A DNA stretch of 64,000 nucleotides from the NCBI GenBank assembly GCA_951406725.2, contig OX597819.1, forward strand, positions 109,182,001-109,246,000, in the 5' to 3' direction. The notes under the pieces were generated by a model that worked only from the letters and a program-made list of their open reading frames with translations, did not search any database and had not been told where the DNA came from. The stretch comes from Octopus vulgaris (Eukaryota). Below are positions 37,675 to 51,669 of this stretch, piece by piece (the stretch's first letter is position 1; the number at the start of each line of letters is the position of its first letter). The translations under genes were made by a program, and so were the position numbers.

Positions 37675-39383
37675 ATATCTCTCTATATATATAATGTGTA
37701 TAGTGGGTAAGAAGATGTTCCTGAGCCCGCAAGCTTCTCTGTGTACTGCCCTTGTGGCAAATTTAATGAAATAAAGAAGATGCTCTTGAAAGCATAGAAT
37801 AATAGGCACTAATTTAGGGCTCCCACCGATCGATTTCGTAACTTCTTAATCAGACTTTTAGGTATTCCAGAAACAGAATATCCAAGAAGAAATACTGACA
37901 AACACTTATAGGTGTTAGGACTAGATTTATAACATGTTAAATATATCTATATCCCGTAAATATACTTTTTATAAACTGTTCCAAATATTCAATGAATGGC
38001 TGAAATATTTGAAACCGCTATAAAAGTATTTACATCTAAATATAACAATTGTTTGTCTATCTTTTCCTCTTGGATATACATACAAAAATGTATGTGTATG
38101 CATATACATACACACACATATATAATATACACACACACATATATATAATATATACACACACACACCAAGGGGAATTGAGTGAGCTTAATGGGATAAACTC
38201 TAGTTAACACCAAAACGAAATTTTATATATGTGTATGTATGTATATTTATGCGTATATATATATTATATTATATATATACTCACACACAAAGCATGAATT
38301 AGCGAAAACCGAGACTCCCAAAACAATTTATAAAATGAAATAAAAAGAACATTAGCTCTACAATTATTTTTTAGCTACTACATAGTACTCTTTGGATTTC
38401 TGGTCTCCTTGACCTTTGATTAATGAATTCTCCAATAAAGTATTGTTAGTGTGTATATATATATATATATATATACACGTGATCGAGTAGATATTTTTCT
38501 CCACCTCGTCTTTTCGTTTAAGCATACCCTCCTCACCTCCTTAACTTATTTCCTACTATACAACTTTTACTTGTTCTCCCCTCTTCTCGTCAACTTTATA
38601 TTTTTCAGAAACCATCTTGCCCTGTCCCTCTTTTTTCACCATTTCCTGTCTTTACTTCTTATCTCTCCTTCTCCTTTGCCTACGGTTTTTTTTTTTGTTG
38701 CCCTGAACTGTGTTCTCTACTTTTCTCTCTCTCCCTCTTTCTTTAAGCCGTGTCCTCCTTCCCTCCATAATTAGCTCATGTGATAACAATGAAGTCTCCC
38801 GCCTTAATGGCTACTACTTAACGTCTTCCAAGTTAGTCAATCACTGACTTCCTTTACTAGATAAATAAATAAAGAATCGTACTTAAAGATTACTGTTACA
38901 AATTGTAATACTTAAAACTTGTCACATGAATAAGGAAATGGATAAATTTATATACATTCACGAATAAATATATCTTTCTATAAGTGTGTATATATCATTA
39001 CACACACATAAATTGACAAAATAGTGTGATTCTCTTAAGGACAACAGTCCTCATTAACTTTCTTTGTTGTGACCTGCCCTACCTATAAAGTTGACAGGGT
39101 GCTCACGTTTTGGGAATTTTCTTTCATGTTAATAGAAGTATATTAAATACACCCTCTACACACATACGTTTTTCACTGTCTAATATATATGTATATATAT
39201 ATAAAGAAAGACAGATGAGAGATATACAGATTAATCAAATATTACACGCATACTCTCATACACGTGGTGTGTGTGTGTGTACAAGAAAAATAGGTTTACT
39301 TCCACAAGAGGGAATATAAAATTAGTTTTGGGGTTGAAAATGAACATGAAAAATTAATTCACTTTTAAAATGCTTACAATGAC

Positions 39384-39452
39384 TTTTATTGGAATATAAC
39401 ACGTATGTATATGATACATATCGTATACATACGTGTTATAATTCCAATAAAA
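39384..39452. repeat. Near-perfect ~33-bp-arm palindrome
   Basis: TTTTATTGGAATATAACACGTATGTATATGATA / TATCGTATACATACGTGTTATAATTCCAATAAAA. Confidence 0.8.
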
Positions 39453-39699
39453 TTCATTCACATATGGAAACCAAAAACCAAAAAAAAAAGTCAAATATTC
39501 AATAGTATTCATAACAAAATTACATGTTGAAAATTTAAGAATTCAGTAAGCTTCACAGCAATAGGAAATATTGAACGTTCAAATGTTTGATAAATTTCAT
39601 GATAATGCTTCCTTTATTTACCACTAAGGGTTCACAAAAACATTGGAAATAGTACAGGACAATACGATGTGGAGATACATAAATAGAAGTGTGCAAACA

Positions 39700-41900
39700 G
39701 TAAAAACGATAATATAAATTCTAACAACAAAAAATACTCAAGAGAGGGAGAATTTCAAGGGCTGCTTGTGGAAACCCCACAAAATAGCCACCTTGACCAC
39801 TAAGGTAAATGCCCTCTCTACATCGTCTTCCTTCAATCTACAGGTATATATACTTGCCACATTCACCCACCTTTTAATAAAATTGCTGGGAGCCAGGACT
39901 TCCCTCTCACCTTCCTTTTCAAGTGAAATTGATGACTTGGCCAAAGAGGAAAGTATCTGTCTTCAGCTCTCTCAATCTAGCCCACCACACAACCTCTTCC
40001 ACTAATGCTACCAGACAAATGAATACTACCTACCCTTCCTGGCCAAAGAAAAACAGAAGGACAATCTTCCGAATGGACTTAGCTGATAGCTAGATCTGTC
40101 CTACACTTAACAGTAGGTGTTTGACATAAACCCAGAAGTCAGCAATACTTGGGCACTGGACAAGAGAGTGCAGAATAGTTTCATCATTCTGTGCATATCT
40201 CAGACAAACCCTGATGACTGCACTTCCATGCCTGCCAACCCAGGGATTTTTGGAAATTACCTATGGGCCCTAGCCCAAAGTTCTTCTGGAACACACCAGC
40301 CAATTAATTCCCAGTCTCCCTGAGAACATCATAGCCCTCTATAGAATGCCAAAGTGGAACTTCTATCACATGCATTGCCCAACTGACAGAGCACTGTGAG
40401 CATCTGCTGATACTCTATGTACCAGGCACCCTGCCTTGATCTACATTTGATCCAGGATTGCAGCTCAAAGAGATAAGCTGCAGAAGAGCAAGCCAGACAA
40501 ATGATGACTGCACCTGCTCACCATCAAGGAAATACACCAGCAGCCTTCCATTTAGCAGATGTTGACAATAAATATAGTGCCTAACCAGTGGAGCACATTC
40601 TCTCTACAGAAAGCAGAAGAGTGTGTGCTCCAGTTTTGTCAGATGTAAACTGGGCATGACTATCAGGTAGTAATATATGACAAGTGATGCACACATTTAC
40701 CACCTCTGCCTGACCTTTCAGAGAAGCTTTCTCTGAACCCATTTCTGGGTGAGATTGGCTACCCTACTCTTCACCCCATCCCAGTTCTTCCCCACCTGGA
40801 GATCTTGATCAAACCAAACCCTGAGTAATTTTACTGGTCCATCCTTCCAACATCTTCAGGTGCTGATCTGCAGATCCACTAACTTTTCTTGGTTAATTTT
40901 TGCTCCTGTCACCACCTTGTATTCTTTTAGAGGAGAGCTGATTGGGTCTAAATGCCAGCATGGTTCTCCCATGTCTTAGTTCATGTGGGTTACCTCTCAA
41001 CACCTCCAATTTCTGCAGTAATGGCTCTAGAGCCAGTATATACAGAAGAGATGAGAAGGGACACTGATGGACTGGGCACTTGATGCTGGATGATTCCAAT
41101 AAGTAACCATTCACCTAAACTACTGAGCAGATGTTGCTGTATATTGCAGCTATCTAGCCACAAAAAAAACCAGGACTGAAAATGGCCACCAAGTACTGGT
41201 AGTTGACCCCTATCAAAAGCTTTTGATTGATTCAAATTGTTCAGAGCCTCTGCAACAAGTGCCAACACCTTGGCCAAAATTTTGAAATCTGCATCCAGCG
41301 GGATTATGGGCCTCAAATTTTCTATTTCATTCCCCCATCCCTGTTCAAATCCTTTCTTTGTAGTGCCACTGCTTCTTGGCTCACAGAACTAGGAATTCTC
41401 CCATTCTGTTGCCAAGTGTGTTAGATATTTACTAAAAGGCCACCAAAGAAGTCTGGGATATAAAAGTAAAGCTTGTAGGGCAGACCATCCAAACCTGGGA
41501 AATTTTTTCCTCATGCAGCCCATCATTACATCCTGTATTTCTGTGGCTGTTATTGGCCTTTATGCAATGCTTCACCTCTGTTGCCGAGAGTCATGGCATG
41601 CCATTGGGGTAGACACTGAAGTCCATCCTATGTTCTGAGCTGCCATTCACCCCAAACTGTTGAGCGAAGTGCTGTTGAAATGCCACACATATTTCTTTGG
41701 CCTCAAGCACTATGTGCTCATTTTGATCCACCAAAGACCAAGTCGTGGCTTTGTTGCTACATTCCACCTCTTCCTCTCAAGCCCATCAAGAGACTTTCAT
41801 TCCCTTGTTTCTTAGCTCTCATCTGCTGCAATTTAAGCATGTGCTTTTATGCACCAGGTGCTTATATGAGAGGATCTCTTAAGGCTAACAATGCAGTACT
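39700..41900 (-). mobile_element. Degraded Tx1/L1-clade LINE ORF2 remnant
   Basis: RPIIPLDADFKILAKVLA, NQSKAFDR and CPFSSLLYILALEPLLQKL motifs across broken frames. Boundaries are approximate. Confidence 0.7.
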
Positions 41901-42098
41901 CAGTATTCTAACAAGCCATCCATGTTAAGTTGGATATAAAGATTGTCCTTGAAAAATTTATACCAAATTTTGCTGAGTTTTGAATTTTTTTTAAACATTT
42001 TTTTGTAATTGTCTGATAATACAGGCATAGACTTGCCCAAATGCATCAATAAATTAACATTGATATTATTTTTTTCACCGTTGTTACAATAATCTGAA

Positions 42099-43553
42099 AT
42101 GGAACTGTCAAAGCATGATATTCAAGCAATTTTGCTATTCAACTTCAAAAAAGGACATAAAGCAGCTGAAACTGCTCACGATATCAATGAAACATTTGGT
42201 GAGGAAATGACCAGTTAGTGGTTAGCTTGAAAATGGTTTAAATGTTTTTGCAGTGGAGAGCTGAGCCTTGAAGATCGTGAGCATAGTGGATGTCTATCTC
42301 TCATGGATGACAGTCAACTAAAGACTGTCATTGAGAAAGATCAATGTAAAACCACTCAAGAACTGGCAAAGAAAACTTCAAGTTAGCCTTAAAACTGCCT
42401 GCAACCATTTGCATCATCATCATCATTATCATCGTTTAACGTCCGTTTTCCGCGCTAGCATGGGTTGGACGGTTCGACCGGGGTCTGGGAAGCCAGGGGC
42501 TGCACCAGGCTCCAGTCTGATCTGGCAGTGTTTCTACAGCTGGATGCCCTTCCTAACGCCAACCACTCCACGAGTGTAGTGGGTGCTTTTTACGTGCCAC
42601 CGGCACAGGTGCCAGGGGAGTCTGGAATCGGCCACGATCAGTTGGTGCTTTTAACGTGCCACTGGCACAGAAGCCAGCCAAGGCGGCGCTGGCATCGGCC
42701 ACGTTCAGATAGTGCTTTTTATGTGCCACTGGCACAGAAGCCAGTCGAGGCGGCGCTGGCAACGGCCACGTTTGGATGGTGCTTTTTATGTGCCACCGGC
42801 ACAGGTATCACAACTACTATTTCCATTGATATTTGTTTCGATGTTCATGTACATGCATTTGACTTAACAGGTCTCCTGTGATTGGAAAATAAAAAAAGCT
42901 TGACAAATTTGAATAAAAATCAGAAAATGCACAGATATGAAATTTGCTCGTTGTTTCTTCTCCGTAATCAGACAGATCCATTTCTTGACTGTATTGTAAC
43001 TTGCGATGAAAAGTGGATTCTGTACAATAATAAAAACATTCTTCGCTGTGGTTGGACCAAAATGAAGCACCAAAAACCTTCCCTAACCCCAAGCTCTTCA
43101 AAAAGAAGGTTATGGTGACTGTTTGGTGGTGTACTACTGGATTCATCAACTATTACTTCTTAAAACCTGGAAAAACCATTACTGCAGAAGCATATTGCCA
43201 TGAAATTACCAAAAATGAATGAAAAACTGCTACTTCTCCATCCCAGATTCATCAACAGAAGAAGGCCAATCATTCTTCATGACAATGCTCGACCACACAT
43301 TTCATTAATGACGCTCCAGAAGTTGAGAGAACTTGGCTTATTCCCCAGATCTTTCTCCTACCAACTACCACTTTTTCAAGCACCTTGATGGTTTCCTGCA
43401 AGAGAAGGAGTTCATAAACAGACTTGTAAGTCATTGGCAAAAATGTGTTGATTGTAATGGTACTTACTTTGTTGAATAAAATTTCCACATTGTTGAAATA
43501 CATTGTGATGAATTTCGTGTTTCAAAATTTTGCTTACTTTTTACTCAGCCTGG
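42099..43553 (+). mobile_element. Degraded mariner transposon interrupted by an RTE 3'UTR insertion
   Basis: FKKGHKAAETAHDINETFG, IVTCDEKWILYNN, KKVMVTVWW, ILHDNARPH and PDLSPTNYHFF motifs. The right TIR-like end is CTTACTTTTTACTCAGCCTGG-TA. Confidence 0.88.
42415..42877 (-). mobile_element. RTE 3'UTR fragment nested in the mariner
   Basis: (CAT)n tail followed by the same sequence family as 2786-3300. The mariner frame resumes as VIGK-KKLDK after 42877. Confidence 0.85.
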
Positions 43554-43666
43554 TACATATACATACACACACACACACACGCACACATATATATCTACAT
43601 ATTGATAAAAATGGTAAGACAACAAAAGAATGAAAGAGACCTCGATAGTATGTAAATAGAAGAATT

Positions 43667-43782
43667 TATCTGTAAATTTAATATGTGACAATTATTTGGT
43701 AGCCACGATAAAACTCCAGCATCCGAAACTCGGAGTTTTATCATGGCTACCGAATAATTGTCACACATTACATTTACAGATA
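43667..43782. repeat. ~51-bp-arm imperfect inverted repeat next to (TA)n
   Basis: TATCTGTAAAT...GATAAAACTCC and GGAGTTTTATC...ATTTACAGATA, with central AGCATCCGAAACTC. Confidence 0.85.
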
Positions 43783-45550
43783 TATATATATATATATATA
43801 TATATAGTTGAAATTTACAGAAAAACAAAAGAAAAAGACAGGTGTATAAACAACAAGCAGGTGCATTAATTAGTTTGACGCTCGGGAAGGTGAGAAAGTC
43901 TTTTACATTTTGAGCCTATGCTCTTATGTCATCATCGTTTAATTCTATCTTTCATGCTGGTATCACCTGGATGGTTCAACAGGATGGGCTTTTGCAATGG
44001 ACTGCAGGCTAATGACACCTGCATGAAGAAGTAAGCCATTGTTTATAAGCAGCAAGCATACATGAAGAAACGGTAAATACAAACTTGGTCATACAAAATA
44101 TGCATACAGGCACACATACATACATATATACTTTCATATGTGCATACATGTATACATATATATTAGTTGACATCTTGTCTTCAAGTATGACATCTTGGGA
44201 TTTCTTCTTGAGTTTCTTTCTTTGCATAACTTCATAAATGATTCTTCATGCCAGCTTTGGACTTCATCACTGTGCTACACATGTTGCACTTCAAACAAAG
44301 TTGCAGGGGATATTGCACCTGCTTCATATCATCATTCTCTCTCATTTGAATCTTGAAACCAGCAGGAGAAAGACAGATTCTTCCTCATATTTCACATTGA
44401 CTACTTTTGTCTGCAGCTTGCTTTGTCTTCCAAATTGCTTTTTTGTTTGACATGCTAAATTCTTTCCCTCTCAAATAATGCTACACGATCAAAGATTGTT
44501 TTTCTCCTCTTTACTCTATCAGCAGCGTGTTCTTCATCCCAGTTTTCAATAGAAATAGCAAATTTCTTCAAGTTTACCTGAAGATTTTCGTACTGCTTTC
44601 CCCTTTCTTTGTTTCAATTCCCCATAAAACAGTTGTTTTGGAATTCTGGTATTACTTATTTGAACATGTCCATTCCACCTTAAAACATTTTAATGATGTG
44701 GCTTCAATGCTAGACATTTGAGCTGTCTATAGTACTTCAGATCTAGGGGAGTAAACCCTGACTAATAATCCTGCTTTTCTATAGGCAGCAGTAATTCTAG
44801 AGGCATGTCAACAGATCGGTATCATGGCAATAAGTATTATGCTCTCAGGAAGGAACATAACATACATATTACAGACTTCTTTCAGTTTCCATTTACCAAA
44901 TCCACACACAAGGCTTTACTTAGTCCAGGGCCTCACAGTGGAATTGAAGTCAAAACATGCAGTTGGAAAGCAAACTTCTTAACCATACAGCCATGCCTAA
45001 AACTAACCACACAATCATGCTTATGCCTATTAACCTATAAACAAAAACACCATCATCAACCACATATTTTAATGTCCATCTTCCATGCTGGCAAGATATC
45101 AAATCCATTGGCACATTTGAACCATGGCTGAATATGCCTAGTGTCTAAAACAAGATGGATGATTGCCACGCATAACAAGTATGATCAGAATGACAAATAT
45201 GTCAACAATTTTAAAAAAAATTTTTATTTTTAAATAACTGTTCTAAATATGTGTTTATAGTTATGATTTTTTTTAAATATGCTATGCTAGGATACAACAA
45301 CAAATTCAAAAATACCACATCGAAATTAACTAAATTGACATAGCTTGATTCAAAAATATTAAAATGACCTAGAATATTTACATTACTTACAATTTTCTGC
45401 TACTTATTTTGTTATTTTATATACTGTAACCTAGTAATTCAATAAATTGAGGTAAATAGAATTTGTACTATACAGAAATAAGTCCTTAGATTGATATGAA
45501 CCAAATCACTGGAATGAGTAAAAGAATAAAAAAAATATAGGAATACCTAT

Positions 45551-45820
45551 AGGGCAGCAGACTCACGGTCAGAGGATCCCGGTTTCAATTCCCAGACCGG
45601 GCGTTGTGTGTGTTTATTGAGCGAAAATGCCTAAAAACTCCATGAGGCTCCAGCAGTGGGGTGGTGGCGACCCCTGTTGTACTCTTTCGCCACAACTTTT
45701 TCTCGCTCACTATTCCTGTTTCTTGAGCAATGCTGCGATGGACTGGCGTCCCATCCAGCTGGGAGGAACACATATGCCTGGGAAACTGGGCTCACGAGCC
45801 TGGCTAGGCTTGAAAAGGGC
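45551..45820 (+). mobile_element. Third tRNA-derived SINE; a related decayed copy lies at ~37200-37440(-)
   Basis: B-box-like GGTTTCAATTCCC and central CTGCGATGGACTGGCGTCCCATCCAG, which resembles conserved SINE core domains. Confidence 0.6.
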
Positions 45821-48189
45821 GATGTTTATCATTTTTATCAGTATTATGCTGTTATTGAAGCAGCAACTTTGAAAATTTAGAAAACCAAAATTTAACAAGA
45901 AGATAAAATACAAGTTCATTCTTCTTCCTTGTTATTCAAAATGATACTACTAACTTGCTAGACTTCCAAATACTATCCTGAAGATAAAACTGTGATGACT
46001 GGCAAATAACTGTGGCACATATGAACCATGAAAAATGTCTTTTTTAAGATTAAATAAAGCTCCAATAAAATCTTTATTTTTATAACAATAACTGAAATAC
46101 ATGTATGTAGAGTATAAAATCTATTTTTTCAAAGAAGAATGGTTGGCAGGGATTTTCAAGTATCATCTGTGACCAGTTTTGTCAACCACACAAAGCTAAC
46201 CAGCCATGTTATTTGGAAGTCACTGACAGCCTTCTTTGCTTTATCTGTTTGTTTGGTGTGTGTGTTTGTGTGTGTGTGCATATGTTTCATATATATCATC
46301 ATCATCATTGTTATCATTTAATGTCTGCTTTCCATGCTGGCATGGGCTGGATGGTTTAAGAGCTGCAAGATCATGTTGAACTCCATTCTCACTTTTGACA
46401 TGCTTTCTATGGCTAGAAGCCTTTCCTAACATCAACACTTATACCAATATACTAGGTGTTCTATCATGTCACCAGCACTGGTAAAGTTGCCTGATGAAGA
46501 AAAAGAACAGTGAAACAAGAAACGGGGGGGGGGGAGCTCCCACTACTAAGAGGGAGTATTTGAGAAGGGAAGGTGGATGGCTATATGCCAGGTGTCAAAA
46601 GGCTAAAGAATGGTTCAGGGGCATGCAGAGGTGTCTTACTTTAGAGGAGACACACGACTAAAGGAAATAAAGGAAGGTAGGGATGGGGTGCTAGAACAAC
46701 ATCTCAAGGTACATGTAGGTGAGCATAAGAGAGGTTATGGATAAAAGCTATGGGTTATGGGCGAGGATGAGAGAACAGATACTTTCATAAGACTGTGAGA
46801 GGATAGGTACTTTTATAAGAATATGAAAGAGGAGTAACAGATGACTAAAGATGGGGCTGGGGGAAGATATAGTGATTGTTGAACAGGCAGGGGAGGGGTG
46901 CAGTTGAAAGGAAATACCAGTATGGAGAGGGGTAAGGTGAGAGATATAGGAGTGGCTCAGGAAGTCAAATAGAACAGAAAAGTAGTGAGATGATGTGCAA
47001 CATTTATGTGTGTGTTTGTGAGTGGACAAATGAAAGAAGGGCACTCAACCAATTTATTGGGAGTTACATGTATTGGTACTCTTGAGTTTCAAGTGTGATG
47101 CTAGTTGTCAACCATTTTGAATTTGAATATATATATATATATCCGTGATCACTGTGATCAACCAGGCTATCAGATGTTGCTACACATCGCTGGTCACAAT
47201 GCGCTTCGCATTGTTTTAGCCTTCAAATGACGCCACCCTGCTGGCTTAGTGAGCAGGCCAATATATATATATAGATAAATTAAATTAGAGATAAAACCAC
47301 TATTAGGCAACTCAAACAGTGATAGACATAAACCAAAACATTAAAAAATAAATAATATAATATACAATATATATATAAAATTTAAAATTTAAATTATTAA
47401 AATTTGAAATTTTAAAATTTATATTTACAAATTATTATATTTTTATATTCAAAAAAATTTTTTTTTTAATTATTAAATTTATAAACTATAATTTTTTTAA
47501 TTTTTTTATACTAACCAAAAAGTATAAAAAAGTTAAATATAATATAATAAGTGTATATATATCTATATATATATATAATAGATATATAACTCACACAAAC
47601 ATATATATGTGTATATACAGAATGAGTGCGTATATGCTTGTCACTCTTTGTCTTGACATCACATGGTTATTGTAAATGAGTGTCATTGTCATACAAGCAG
47701 TGTTATTCATTTCCAACACTCTGTGAGAACATGTCCGACCTTGAAGAAACAGGTGAAGGTTGGCAACCAGAAGCTCATCCAATCTGTGCAAACATGGAAA
47801 ATGTGGATGTTAAAATGATGTTGATGATGATAATACTTAGACTTTTGGCTCAGTATGACTGAATGATTAAAAAGTTTGCTTTGCAACTATGAGGTTCTGG
47901 GTTCAATCCCACTTTGCAGAATCTTGCGTAAGCCACACTTTTCAGTCCCAGGTTGACTCATATCTTGGGAGAGTGAAACTGGATTGATGGTAACAATATA
48001 GAAACCTACCGAAATGCCTACTGTATTTTAAAAAGTACAATCTTGTCACACACTGTCATACTAATTCTGTCTGAGAATTATGTTAAGAGTACAAGTGCCT
48101 ATAGAATGTTTCAGGCAAAAGCATGTTATCAGTAGTTTAAATAACTGAATCCTTATTGTCGAACGATAGGGATCCACCACCAGTATGTA

Positions 48190-48607
48190 TTTATGCATGT
48201 ATATATGTATGCATGCATATATGTATGTATGCATATATATATATATATATATGTGTGTGTATGTATATATATATGCATGCATGTATATATGTATGTGTAT
48301 ATATATTTATTTGTGCATGTGTGTATATACATAAACAGACACATACATGTATATTGCATATATTTACATATATATATACATACATATTTGTATGTACACA
48401 TACACACACACACAATAGCATAACTTTGTGATGTAATTGCTTGTTCATATCATACCTAATTCTAATATTCCTTATCTTTTGATAACATTCCAGAATTTGC
48501 TGTCACGATATCTGATATATGATAACAGTTATGGAATCAGATACAACACCACTTTCTCTGTGTGTGTGTGTGTGCACACGCACATGTCTGTCTACATACA
48601 TACATCC

Positions 48608-48656
<49 letters not shown>

Positions 48657-48684
48657 AGATGTATAAGATATATATATATATAAG

Positions 48685-48753
<69 letters not shown>

Positions 48754-48760
48754 TATAATA
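48190..48760. repeat. Compound (TA)n/(TG)n/(CATA)n microsatellite region
   Basis: Directly visible dinucleotide tracts. The ORFs called here are low-complexity artefacts. Confidence 0.9.
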
Positions 48761-48814
48761 GAAATATTAAAATTACTAAGTCTCTCTAAAAGAGAACAGC
48801 GGCAGCGTTCCCGG

Positions 48815-49050
48815 AAAATAATAGTTATCGCCATACTAATATGGCATTCTTATAAAAATAAGAATAAAGCTATCCGCTTATTAGCTCCATGAGGCCATCG
48901 CCTTAAGTTAGCTTGTTCGAAGGTTATATGGATACAGTTTGTGTATCAAATAGCTAACTTAAGGCGATGGCCTCATGGAGCTAATAAGCGGATAGCTTTA
49001 TTCTTATTTTTATAAGAATGCCATATTAGTATGGCGATAACTATTATTTT
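48815..49050. repeat. Perfect 99-bp inverted repeat with a 38-nt spacer, between (TA)n tracts
   Basis: 48815-48913 is the exact reverse complement of 48952-49050. Confidence 0.95.
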
Positions 49051-49196
49051 ACATATATATATATATACGTATATATATATATGTAATATATATAATATAT
49101 ACATATCATCATCATCATCGTCGTTTAACGTCCGTTCTCCATGCTAGCATGGGTTGGACATACATATATATATACATATATATATATATGTATATA

Positions 49197-49230
<34 letters not shown>

Positions 49231-50149
49231 CATAAATGTATATATACATCATTATTATCATTACCATTTAATGGTCGTTTTCCATGCTGTCATAGGTTAG
49301 ACGGTTTGATAGGAGCTGCACCATTTTCCATTTTCTGTTTTGGCATGGTTTAAATGGCTAGATGCCCTTCCTAACACCAACCACTTTACAGAGTGTACTT
49401 GGTGCTATTTTAATGGGGTACTAGCGCCAGTGTTTCTCATATAGTATGAGTGCAAAGGTGGCAAGCTGGCAGAATCGATAGCACACTGGGCGAAATGCTT
49501 AGCGGTATTTCGTCTGCCACTATGTTCTGAGTTCAAATTCTGCCGAGGTCGACTTTGCCTTTCATCCTTTCGGGGTCGATTAAATAAGTACCAGTTACGC
49601 ACTGGGGCCGATATAATCGACTTAATCTGTGTGTCTGTCCTTGTTTGTCCCCTCTATGTTTAGCCCCTTGTGGGTAGTAAAGAAATAGGTATGAGTGCTA
49701 TTATGGGATAGTATCACTAACAGGGTCACCATGTAACTTCCAAGAGAAAAAATCCCCTCAGTTGGGAGTGGGGAGTAGTAGGGGATGTAGGGATGCCTTT
49801 GTTCCAGTTGATGAGAAATTAGAGTTATAGAGAGACAAGGATAGGTGACTTGCTGTAGAGTAGATGCATAAATACTGCAATTGAAAAAGAAAGAAGTGTG
49901 AGTTAGAGAGTAAAATAAAGGGAACAAGAGTAAGAGAGATGGTGGAAAAGATGTGTCAGAACATTCCCCACCACCACCACCAAAGAACATTGGGGGTGGT
50001 GAGAATAGGTGGAGTGATAGAGAGGTTTGGACAAGGTGGGTGGGTAGGATATATACAGGTGCATGAGTGGTTGTGTGGTAAGTAGCTTGCTAACCAACCA
50101 CATGGTTACGGGTTCAGTCCCACTGCATGGCACCTTGGGTAAGTGTCTT

Positions 50150-51669
50150 AATAATAATAATGAAATTATTGTATACAGTGCTCAGGTGCACCACAACTTG
50201 TCAGAAAGTGCATATAAAGTACATGCAGTAGTGTAGAAATGTCTGGGTGTATGGAGGGAAGAAAATCAAGTGTAGTGTTGGCGAATCTCAGGAAGCATGG
50301 AAGTCTTGAAGGATGCAGTGCTCCGACAACTGACAACCGATGTCGGCAGTTTGTTCCACGCTTCAGCAACTCTCAGCGTGAAAAAATGTTTCCTGAAGTC
50401 ATGGGAGCTGTGCTGTTTTCTTACTTTGTAAATATGTCCACGGGTGTTAGATGGGTGGAGTTTGAAGAGGTGCTCAGAGTTATTGTTTGTGCGATGGTTG
50501 ATAATTTTATGGGTGTCTGCCAAGTCAGCTGCCAGACGTCGGAGTTTTAATGTGTCCATGCCCAGGGAGGTAAGGCGTTCAGGATATGGCAAATGCCTGA
50601 TGGAGGGTATTCTTTTGGTTGCACGTCACTGAACAGCTTCCAGACGATTGATGTCCTGGGCAAGATAGGGGCTCCAGACCGGCGATGCAAACTCCAGGTG
50701 AGGTCTTACCATAGCTATATAAAGCCGCAGATAGATAGCCGGAGAGCGGCTCACAAAGGATTTGGTGAGTGATGCCGAGACACCCTCAGCCTTCTTGACA
50801 ATTTTAGCGATGTGTTTTGTCCAATGCAAATCGCTGTCGACAATAACACCCAGGTCACGTTCACTTGAAGACTTTTTGAGACTAGTGTTGTGGAGGGAGT
50901 AGGTGGACGCTGGGTTTCTCCTCCCAAAATGCATGGTGGTACATTTGTCCACAGCCAGCTTGAGTTGCCAGTCCATGATCCACTGCTGCATTGTGTCCAG
51001 GTCTGCTTGCAATAGAGATCCATAGTGTATAGGATTTGACCTCTTTATTTCGAGGTACAGCTTGATGTCATCTGCATATTTCAGCACTGTGGCATTCTTT
51101 AAGTTGACATCTATGTCATTAACATATGCAACAAATAAAAGGGGGCCAAGAACAGATCCCTGCGGCACACCAGATGTCATCTCATAGGGCGAAGAGTGCT
51201 GTCCTAGAACTGTGACAACCTCTTTTCGGCCGAAAATAAAGGACTTTAACCAGTTATAGAGTTCGTCTCTTACACCCAACGCAGAAAGCTTCACCATAAG
51301 TCTTTTGTGTGGCACAGAGTTAAAAGCCTTAGCAAAGTCCAGGTAAACAACATCCACCCAGGATCCGCGATCAGTGATTTGGGTAACATCCTCAAGAAAC
51401 TCGATGAGTTGATTACAACAGCTGGAGTTAGGAATAAATCCGAATTGTGACGGCTGGATGAGGCTGTGAGACTTCCAGAAGTTCCAGAGGGTTTCTCTGA
51501 TACAGGATTCCATCAGTTTGGCGATGCAGCTGGTAAGACTGACGGGGCGATAGTTGACAGGCGATGTGCGGTCGCCTTTTTTGAACAGAGGGATGACACT
51601 GGCAGTTTTCCACTGTTCTGGAGTAACACCATTGTCAAGACAGAATTGGAAGAATAGAGAAAGTTGGCT
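50150..51669 (-). mobile_element. 5'-truncated CR1/L2-group LINE (RT domain to 3' end) inserted into a SINE
   Basis: One frame runs WKTASVIPLFKKG, NYRPVSLTS, YLDFAKAF, GVPQGSVLGPLLF, YADD to FFTLRVAEAWNKLP, with a single TGA at 50626-50628 and a (TTA)n-like tail. The SINE halves lie at 50056-50149 and 51670-51960. Confidence 0.92.

Noticed and set aside
37822-37856. Minus-strand CTGATTAA...GAAATCGATC resembling a hammerhead
   Set aside because: The core is non-canonical and no stem I pairing could be found. At best a relic.
48061-49353. ORFs rich in Y/I/C/V/H/T
   Set aside because: Artefacts of (TA)n/(TG)n microsatellites.
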